NCBI GenBank assembly: GCA_020348445.1
Contig: CP070751.1
Coordinates: 2,549,252 to 2,613,251 of the forward strand
Source of the DNA: Thermoplasmata archaeon
Lineage (GTDB): Archaea; Thermoplasmatota; Thermoplasmata; GCA-020350865
Direction of reading: 5' to 3'
DNA length: 64,000 bases
Part shown: piece after piece, positions 56,446 to 64,000 of the stretch
How positions within the stretch are numbered: the stretch's first letter is position 1
How the letters are laid out: each line of letters begins with the position of its first letter
Program-made: the position numbers and the translations under genes
Notes under the pieces: model-generated
What the model was told of the DNA's origin: nothing
Database searches by the model: none
Seen by the model: the letters and a program-made list of their open reading frames with translations, nothing else

Positions 56446-59400
56446 ATGAAAGCAATTCAGAAATTCAGTTATGGAATTATACAGAATATTAGTGTAATGA
56501 GCCTGGCCCTGATTATGGTAATGGCCAGCTTTGGTGGAACCATCGAGAACACCATGAACGTCACACAGCACGAAGGTGCGCAGGTATTATCCACAGGGAC
56601 GGATTATTCTGCATTTCCTGATGAGGATCCGGACAGCGGAAAATTTTTAGGTGTTGCTGGTTCAGGAACCCTTGTCAATGTTCCAATAATATGTCATATC
56701 GGTGTTCCTGCAGATGAGGATAGCTTCGAGGTTGACATATTCGACGGCGACCTTGGCGGACATTGGGATCAATACTATGATAACAGCGATTACATGGATT
56801 TTAAACTCTATGAGGATCCGAAAAAAGATGGCACTGGAACCTCCCTTGTTGCCTCTTGGACACATAGTGTCATGAGCGATGATAATTGGTATCACCGTGT
56901 CTTTAATACAACATCTGGAGCAAAGGCGCTCAGCGGCAACTACTTCTACAGAATGACTGTCCAGTGGCGAAGTCCTGGGACATCTTCAAGCAATAACTAT
57001 TTCAAGATCCGAACAACAGGTCAAATAAGTGTTGCCAAGGGAAACCAATTTGCTTTAATGGCAGGTCCACTGAGGATCCCTTACCCAAGCAACTACGGCC
57101 CCAAACCCTGGGAAAGTAAGAATCTCGATCCTCCAGAATGGGCAGGGGATAGTGACCCAGATACCAATAATGTTGATGCAAATTCCTATGATGGTGACTG
57201 GAATTTCTATTTCTATGTTCCCAAAACCCGCAACATGGTTTCCTTCAAGGACGGTGATGCAGATATCGTAGTAGACGATGATGATGCAAACACTCCTTTT
57301 CCCGAGGGGATAAGTCACGGTGCTCCAAAAGATGGTCCCAGCCCCTACAATGGTTGCGATGTGGCGCCCAACGTCAAGTACACCATCACAGATCCTGATG
57401 GTAACTCCTATGTAAATTCGAATCCCTCAGGAAATCTGGAATGGGAAAATTTCATCATCTCCAAGGATTCTGCTGATAATCCCGATCATCTGGTGAGTTA
57501 CGACCTTTCCGCAGGTTTATGGAACATGCATATCCAAGGACTTGACTCCCACAATATGTATTTTATCGAGGCATCATTTGAGATCTTCACAACAACCAAA
57601 CCACCACTTCCTGTGAGTCCACCACCAACACTGGTTCCACCTTTGGCTGCATCTGTATCTCCCGGAACGAATGTGAACTATGCCCACAAGCTCACCAACA
57701 AGGGCTTAAGTGATGTTTTTGATTTGAGTGCAATTTCCAGTCGCGGATGGACGACGAGGATCTATCACGATGCCGACGGCGATGGTGCACTGGATTCCTC
57801 GGAAGTAACAGCTGGTGAAATTTCTGATACAGGTACCCTTGCCAAGGATGAGGCTTTTGATATGATAGTGCAGGTTGAGGTTCCTTCTAGTTCGAAAGAT
57901 GCAATAGATTATACGAAGGTGACAGGGGCTTCACAGACAGAATGGAACATTCAAGCCTCCCTGACTGACACGACAACTGTGAAGTCAAATCAACCTCCTG
58001 TTGCCGATGCCAATGGACCATATTTTGGAGATGAGGGCAGTACCATACAACTCGACGGATCCGGTACACAAGATCCCGATGGGGACTACTTGTGGTACTT
58101 CTGGGATTTGGATAATGATGGATACTACGATGATTCCACAGATATCAAACCAAAATATTTCTGGGGTGAGGACGGAATTTACCCTGTTAAACTTGCTGTT
58201 TATGACGGAGAAGTGTACGATTTTAATAGTACGACCGTGTATGTTGGAAATCTAGCACCCGAGATTTACTCCACCAGCTACGTATACACACTCACACAAG
58301 GAAGCAATAGCTGGACCATTCCCGCAGTAGAGAGCACCCTCTCACCAAAAGACTTCTACAATTACTACAGCGCAAGTGCACATACAGGTTTTGAGATACC
58401 ATATCAGAGCTTCTTGTATTTGTATAGGGACATAGATGATCCCTCAAACGAAGTGGGCCTTTTCATTATCCATGATATCGACGGTGATATTGGTCCGCCG
58501 TACGGTTCTCCAGATGCACAATGCTGGATGGACCTTTCAGGTATTCCCTCTGGAACATACCTTGCCCAAAGTGATGATCCCGGTGAGTTCAAAATCAATT
58601 ATCCAAGTGCAGGTAAGGCCCGGGGCAGATGGCACTGGTGGTACAACACAGATGGTGGTGCCATCGGAGGATTGTCAACCACAAGTTCCTGGGCAATCAC
58701 AATCGAGCCTCTTTTTTGGGACGATGTAAGCACATGGGCCTACTACTACGCTGGTGGGAGTAATATCAACTTGAACATGAACCAACCCATCACAATCTCG
58801 TACTCTGCACAAACAGAGCCTACCACCGTCTCAACGAACGAGGGGACATCTATAACATTGGGTGCGTTTGCAAGGGATTGGGGTCTTGATGATGAACCTT
58901 TGGGTTATAAATTCTATTGGAATGATCCATATGATCCTGGAGCCTCAAGCACAGGTTCCACCCCCTGGGATACTCTATTTACGGCATCACATACATACTA
59001 CGAGAATGGGGCATATTCCCCACAATTGACTGTTACAGACAGCGACGGTGCAACAGACACCCTTACCTTTACTGTGAACGTCGCTAATGTGGCACCTAAT
59101 GTTGATGCAGGATCAAACCAAGTGGTCAATGAAGGAACACCTGTCAGCGTTTCAGGTACATTCTCTGATCCCGGTGCTTACGATTCTCATTCTGCAACCT
59201 GGAGTTGGGGTGATAGTAACACAAGTCCTGGCTCAGTTTCCGAGGAAAATATACCTCCCTATTCCACAGGAACGGTATCAGGCTCTCATATCTACATGGA
59301 CCAGGGAACATACATTGTGATTTTGACTGTAACAGATGATGATGGTGATTCAGGTAAGGATAGGTTGACTGTTACAGTTTTAGACTTGGCCCCAACTGCA

Positions 59401-61782
59401 GAGTTCAGCTGGTCCCCACCTCTCCCTGATGAAGGAAAACCCGTACAATTTACTGACCTTTCCTTCTCATATCCCGATCTCCTTTCGTCATGGGCCTGGG
59501 ACTTCGGGGGGCTAGGAACCAGCATCTCACAGAATCCAAAGTTCATCTTTATGGATGATGGTACTTACACTGTTTATTTGACTGTAACCGACGATGATGG
59601 CTCAACAGATTCGATTTCCCACGATATAGAAATCCTAGATCTTGCTCCAATAGCCAATTTCTCTTGGTCGCCTGATCCTCGATATGAAGGCTCACCTGTG
59701 CAGTTTACAGACTTATCTTATTCGTACCCTGATGCAATCGTGAGTTGGGATTGGAAATTCGGAGATGGTGGTACAAGTACATTTCAGAATCCAAGCCATA
59801 CCTACGGTGATAACGGGGATTACAATGTGACCTTGACTGTAAAAGATGATGACGGCTCCGTCAGTGTTATCACATATACCGTTACAATTCTCAACGCAGA
59901 TCCCATAGTGAATGCAGGAAATGACCAGTCAACATATGAGGGTACCAGTGTATCGTTCTCGGGAGCCTTTACAGATCCTGGTTGGCTGGATACCCACACC
60001 ATCGAATGGGACTTCGGTGATGGAGGCAAAGCCTACGGTACCTTGACACCCACGCACACATACGGCGATAACGGGGATTTTGTTGTAACCCTCAAAATAA
60101 CAGATGATGACGGTGGTGTTGGATACGATTATCTTACTGTCCATGTCGAAAATGTCCCACCAATGGTAAGTCCTGCTGATGATCAGGTAATAGACGAGGG
60201 AACCACTATCTCCCTTGTGGTTGCTACCTTCGTTGATGTAGGTTGGCTGGACACCCATACAGCAACCATTGACTGGGGAGATGGAACAAACGATGCCGGT
60301 TCAGTTACTGAAACAAATGGCAGCGGTTCTGTCTCAGGAAGCCATACATACGGTGACAACGGTGTTTATACAGTCACAGTAACTGTCACAGATGACGATG
60401 GTGGCGAAGGCTCAGCACAATTCAATATCACTGTGAACAACCTGGCACCTGAAGTTGAACCATTGGAGCCTGTGATAATAGATGAAGGAGCACCATTTAC
60501 CTTGACAGGAATTGCAGAGGATCCAGGCAGTGACGATCTGACATTTACCTGGAAATTCGAATTTGGACCAACACTGGTTACCATATATTACAACAATGGC
60601 CTGACACCAGATCCATATCCAAGCTCTTGGGGGGCATTTCCCTTTGCTGCAACTGATGTTGTTACCCACACATACGGTGATAACGGAAATTATACTGTCA
60701 CTTTGACTGTAGAGGATGATGACGGTGCAAAGATCGTGGTTACCACATATGTCATCGTGAACAATGTTGCGCCTTCAGTTGATCTAGGTGGACCTTATAT
60801 TGTTAATGAAAATTCGCCTTTGGTTTTAAATGGACACGCAACAGACCCGGGAAGTGATGATCTGACATTTTCTTGGGTAATAGAATATGGACCCATTGTG
60901 ACAACCATCTATTATAATGATGGTGAAAATCCTGATCCATTTCCAAGTCCAGAGGTAAATCCAAGGGATATAATCGATAATGTTGCTCATACCTATGGTG
61001 ACAACGGAGTGTTTACTGTTACCCTCACAGTGACTGATGATGACGGGGCGACAACAACAGTGACCGTAAATGTTACAGTGAACAATGTGGCCCCAACAGT
61101 GGTGAACCTTGAGGCCTATATGTATGTGAACTTTTCATTGAGGGTTGCGGGAGAGAAATGGCATTCTGTTGGAATCCTCCTTCTTGAAGATGATAAGCAG
61201 ATATGGGCTGATACAATCACAAGATATCCCGGAAGTCCGGATGAACAGATGGCCACAAAGGCAAATGTCAAGGTTGACATGACAAAAAGCTATACTGCGT
61301 TGGTTGATTATTTGCCCAATGATCCAAGGGTAAACGGCAATGTTTGGGGTGGAAATCCCGTTTGGATAATAATGACGTTTGAGGACGGTTCAGAGACACG
61401 ATTGCATCACACTTTTAATGTAAGACAATCTGATTGGAACAGCGACCACTGGAATCACATCGATCCATGGGAAGTTGAATTTGCACCATATCTTGGAGGG
61501 CACAACATAACCTTTGAGGCACATGCCGAAGATCCCGGCAGCGATGATCTCACCTTTTTCTGGAATTTTGACGACGGCAACTTCTCTGGACCAAATATTT
61601 ATTACAATAACGGATTAAGCCCGGATCCATTCCCAAGTACAGAGATCAATCCAATGACTGCAACTGAAACAACAGTTCACAGATATGCTACATCTGGCAC
61701 TTATACGATAACACTAACAGTAACGGATGATGATGGTGGAACAGTAACTGTCACATTATCACTTGCGGTGGTTGTGGGCTAA
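56446..61782 (+). CDS. Giant secreted protein with about 10 PKD domains (start revised to MKAIQ at 56446)
   Basis: Signal-like N-terminus; repeated W.FGD...H.YGDNG.Y.VTLTVTDDDG; Ca-binding DxDxDG loops. Confidence 0.85.
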   Translation: MKAIQKFSYGIIQNISVMSLALIMVMASFGGTIENTMNVTQHEGAQVLSTGTDYSAFPDEDPDSGKFLGVAGSGTLVNVPIICHIGVPADEDSFEVDIFDGDLGGHWDQYYDNSDYMDFKLYEDPKKDGTGTSLVASWTHSVMSDDNWYHRVFNTTSGAKALSGNYFYRMTVQWRSPGTSSSNNYFKIRTTGQISVAKGNQFALMAGPLRIPYPSNYGPKPWESKNLDPPEWAGDSDPDTNNVDANSYDGDWNFYFYVPKTRNMVSFKDGDADIVVDDDDANTPFPEGISHGAPKDGPSPYNGCDVAPNVKYTITDPDGNSYVNSNPSGNLEWENFIISKDSADNPDHLVSYDLSAGLWNMHIQGLDSHNMYFIEASFEIFTTTKPPLPVSPPPTLVPPLAASVSPGTNVNYAHKLTNKGLSDVFDLSAISSRGWTTRIYHDADGDGALDSSEVTAGEISDTGTLAKDEAFDMIVQVEVPSSSKDAIDYTKVTGASQTEWNIQASLTDTTTVKSNQPPVADANGPYFGDEGSTIQLDGSGTQDPDGDYLWYFWDLDNDGYYDDSTDIKPKYFWGEDGIYPVKLAVYDGEVYDFNSTTVYVGNLAPEIYSTSYVYTLTQGSNSWTIPAVESTLSPKDFYNYYSASAHTGFEIPYQSFLYLYRDIDDPSNEVGLFIIHDIDGDIGPPYGSPDAQCWMDLSGIPSGTYLAQSDDPGEFKINYPSAGKARGRWHWWYNTDGGAIGGLSTTSSWAITIEPLFWDDVSTWAYYYAGGSNINLNMNQPITISYSAQTEPTTVSTNEGTSITLGAFARDWGLDDEPLGYKFYWNDPYDPGASSTGSTPWDTLFTASHTYYENGAYSPQLTVTDSDGATDTLTFTVNVANVAPNVDAGSNQVVNEGTPVSVSGTFSDPGAYDSHSATWSWGDSNTSPGSVSEENIPPYSTGTVSGSHIYMDQGTYIVILTVTDDDGDSGKDRLTVTVLDLAPTAEFSWSPPLPDEGKPVQFTDLSFSYPDLLSSWAWDFGGLGTSISQNPKFIFMDDGTYTVYLTVTDDDGSTDSISHDIEILDLAPIANFSWSPDPRYEGSPVQFTDLSYSYPDAIVSWDWKFGDGGTSTFQNPSHTYGDNGDYNVTLTVKDDDGSVSVITYTVTILNADPIVNAGNDQSTYEGTSVSFSGAFTDPGWLDTHTIEWDFGDGGKAYGTLTPTHTYGDNGDFVVTLKITDDDGGVGYDYLTVHVENVPPMVSPADDQVIDEGTTISLVVATFVDVGWLDTHTATIDWGDGTNDAGSVTETNGSGSVSGSHTYGDNGVYTVTVTVTDDDGGEGSAQFNITVNNLAPEVEPLEPVIIDEGAPFTLTGIAEDPGSDDLTFTWKFEFGPTLVTIYYNNGLTPDPYPSSWGAFPFAATDVVTHTYGDNGNYTVTLTVEDDDGAKIVVTTYVIVNNVAPSVDLGGPYIVNENSPLVLNGHATDPGSDDLTFSWVIEYGPIVTTIYYNDGENPDPFPSPEVNPRDIIDNVAHTYGDNGVFTVTLTVTDDDGATTTVTVNVTVNNVAPTVVNLEAYMYVNFSLRVAGEKWHSVGILLLEDDKQIWADTITRYPGSPDEQMATKANVKVDMTKSYTALVDYLPNDPRVNGNVWGGNPVWIIMTFEDGSETRLHHTFNVRQSDWNSDHWNHIDPWEVEFAPYLGGHNITFEAHAEDPGSDDLTFFWNFDDGNFSGPNIYYNNGLSPDPFPSTEINPMTATETTVHRYATSGTYTITLTVTDDDGGTVTVTLSLAVVVG

Positions 61783-61820
61783 ATAAAACTCTTTATACCC
61801 AAAATCCATTAGCTCGTAGT

Positions 61821-62444
61821 ATGAAATTGATTTCTCTTATCTCAGGTGGTATAGATTCACCTGTTGCGACACAGATGATGTTGGACAGGGGAGCTGATGT
61901 TGTTGTCCTTCATTTTGACAACAGGCCATTTACAGGCGAGGGTCAAATAAATAAAATGAAGGCTCTTATCGCTCATCTGGAGAAATTAAACAAAAGGGAC
62001 ATAGAAGCATACGTTGTTCCCCATAAGGACAGCCATATCGCATTTACCCAGAACTGCATTCGTAATCTCCATTGTGTTCTATGTAGAAGGATGATGCTGA
62101 GGGTTGCTGAAAAGCTCGCTCAAAAAGAGGGGGCAGAGGCCTTACTTACAGGAGAATCATTGGGTCAAGTGGCATCCCAAACCCTAAGGAACATAAAAAC
62201 AGAATCTGAGGCAGTAAATATCCAGATATTGAGACCTTTGATCGGAATGGACAAGTTAGAGATCGAGGGCATAGCAAAAAAAATAGGCACCTACGAGATT
62301 TCGATTCTCCCTGGAATGTGCTGTGAGATAGTTCCTAAAAGACCCTCGACATATTCTAAGTTGGAGATTATTTTAGAGGAAGAGAAGAAGGTTGACATAC
62401 AGGAACTTGTTGATAAAGCCATAAAAGGTCTAAAGAGATTTTAA
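61821..62444 (+). CDS. thiI: ThiI-like PP-loop sulfurtransferase lacking the THUMP domain
   Basis: SGGIDSPVA, CVLCRRMM, TGESLGQVASQT, RPLIG.DK.EI, C-terminal Cys; only 207 aa. Confidence 0.82.
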   Translation: MKLISLISGGIDSPVATQMMLDRGADVVVLHFDNRPFTGEGQINKMKALIAHLEKLNKRDIEAYVVPHKDSHIAFTQNCIRNLHCVLCRRMMLRVAEKLAQKEGAEALLTGESLGQVASQTLRNIKTESEAVNIQILRPLIGMDKLEIEGIAKKIGTYEISILPGMCCEIVPKRPSTYSKLEIILEEEKKVDIQELVDKAIKGLKRF

Positions 62445-62538
62445 TTACGTTCCAGATTTTAGTTTCCAAATAAATATAACGCCGTTAAGTTTATAAGGTA
62501 AGACCCTAATTATCTTTATTGAAAGAGGTGATTATAAC

Positions 62539-62931
62539 TTGAAACCGCCTTGCGAAATCGTGGTAAGCAAGATGCTCCCCCACCTAAGAGCAGGAATAGT
62601 AAAGAGCCTAATTCAGGACCACAATATGAAGCAAATAGAAGTGGCAAAGAGATTGGGTATTACCCAGGCCTCGGTAAGCCAATATCTCTCCTCGACAAGA
62701 GGGGAAGATGAGGAATTCCAAAAACTCTTTCCTGAGATAGGTGAATATGCAAAATCCATTGCCGAGAAAATCGCATCAGGGGAGGATAAGGAGCATCAAG
62801 TGGCCCTATTATGCGAGATGTGCTCCACGATTAGGGAAGAGGGTAAATTCTGTGAATACCACAGGAATTTTCTGCAGATTGACGAATGCGGCATATGCCT
62901 CAAAACCTCAACCGACAAGGCGGATCCTTAA
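62539..62931 (+). CDS. HTH transcriptional regulator with Cys-rich C-terminus
   Basis: KPPCE...LP..RA, MKQIEVAKRLGITQASVSQY, C..C...C..H..C..C. Confidence 0.88.
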   Translation: MKPPCEIVVSKMLPHLRAGIVKSLIQDHNMKQIEVAKRLGITQASVSQYLSSTRGEDEEFQKLFPEIGEYAKSIAEKIASGEDKEHQVALLCEMCSTIREEGKFCEYHRNFLQIDECGICLKTSTDKADP

Positions 62932-62960
62932 GAAATATTACAAAATTATGGAGGGGTAAT

Positions 62961-64000
62961 TTGGCTGGTGTGGACGCCTTTGATTTACATTTACTTCTAC
63001 CAAAATTCGATTGCGGCCTTTGCGGCAATCCGATATGTATGACCCTGGCAAGAAATATATTGAGTAACATACAAAAGCCCGTGGATTGTCCATTCATAAC
63101 TTTAGAAAATATGAAAAAAATAAATGAACTTATACCCACAAAGGATGTGGTGAGAAAACATCCACATCCAAATGTAGAAGATGACATAATCGAGATACAT
63201 CCCTGCACAGAAGATGGTAAGGTAACGTTGGAGACTCAGCTTAAATCAAAAACCATGAATAGAGATTTTTACAGCGATATTTTCGATTCTCTCCAACTGT
63301 GTAAATCATTATCTGAAGTTGAGATATTTGATAACAGGAACTGCTCCAAAAGAATGGGCTACGGTCTTGTTGAGATAAAAGGGAAAAGGGTGCACATCTT
63401 TAAAACAGGCAGAATAATTATGAGGCGGGCCGATGACAGGGAAGATGCTCTGGGGACATTCTCAAGGCTATCGAATTTATTATTACCTGCAAGAATATGC
63501 TCGTGCGGTAACATCCTGGCAGATTGCTTTGGCGGTTCATGCGAAACCTGCTCAAAGGATGTTTGCGCAGCCCATCTTGACCATCTTGAGATGACCGAAG
63601 CAAAGGACGGAATAATCACAGCAGAGAAAATCTTGGATAAATATGATAATAAGAAAAACGAAAAACTTGCTAATAATTTCGAGGATCTGCGAAATATCGT
63701 TGACATCATCAGAAATATCCATGAAGAACTAAATGCTGGCCATGAAATTGACAAGGAATCGTACAAAGAAGAAATCGACAAAATCGCAGACAACATAAAT
63801 AAAATATGCATGGAAAATATCCTGAATAACAAAGAAAAAGATGAAACTGAAATTGCCCTCATACAGTACGGTCTTGCTAGGGATCTGATCAGAGCTAGGG
63901 ATGGTTTTCTAAGTCTAGAATCCATAGAAGATAATAAAACTTACAAAACCGCAGCAGAGCTGTTCTTCGATTCCTATGAGGCCTTTGAGAAAAAAGATGT
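62961..64000 (+). CDS. Fe-S-binding domain protein, partial (runs off window; absent from ORF track)
   Basis: TTG after GGAGGG; LLPKFDCGLCGNPICMTLA...CP; KRVHIFKTGRIIMRRADD; CSC..C...C..C; no stop before 64000. Confidence 0.75.
   Translation, partial: MAGVDAFDLHLLLPKFDCGLCGNPICMTLARNILSNIQKPVDCPFITLENMKKINELIPTKDVVRKHPHPNVEDDIIEIHPCTEDGKVTLETQLKSKTMNRDFYSDIFDSLQLCKSLSEVEIFDNRNCSKRMGYGLVEIKGKRVHIFKTGRIIMRRADDREDALGTFSRLSNLLLPARICSCGNILADCFGGSCETCSKDVCAAHLDHLEMTEAKDGIITAEKILDKYDNKKNEKLANNFEDLRNIVDIIRNIHEELNAGHEIDKESYKEEIDKIADNINKICMENILNNKEKDETEIALIQYGLARDLIRARDGFLSLESIEDNKTYKTAAELFFDSYEAFEKKD

Noticed and set aside
249-63925. Numerous short ORFs antisense to or overlapping the confident genes (e.g. 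5845-6354, 13126-13728, 63359-63925)
   Set aside because: Shadow frames of well-supported genes with no recognisable motifs.
1-64000. rRNA, CRISPR arrays, cas genes, transposases, integrases, ccmF, pheS
   Set aside because: Looked for and not found in this window.

Overview
Archaeal chromosomal window. The host is inferred to be Thermoplasmatota-like from the DUF655-rpoF-rpl21e-pus10 cluster, a KaiC/RAD55-type ATPase with a GEPGTMKS Walker A, and PKD/CARDB/C25 surface proteins; this placement needs a phylogeny. The standout is a five-gene, eukaryote-type ubiquitination locus at 12717-18135 (minus strand). It encodes a ubiquitin-like protein with a GG-WIFQ propeptide, a Uba3-like E1, an HPN-Cys E2, an Rpn11-like JAMM protease, and a 694-aa RING-(UBC/RWD)x4-RING FANCL-like E3. 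Also present: a secreted pentaheme cytochrome c facing a ccmABCDE operon, including a ccmD missed by the ORF track; a complete archaeal-type modified mevalonate operon with an LpdD-like gene; and two intron-bearing tRNAs (Leu-UAA, Ser-UGA), each surrounded by direct and inverted copies of its own ends. The rest comprises tandem thrombospondin-repeat surface proteins, a ~14-kb detox/DNA-repair accessory tract and a 10-PKD giant protein. No rRNA, CRISPR array, integrase or transposase was seen. All calls come from motif reading; no searches were run.
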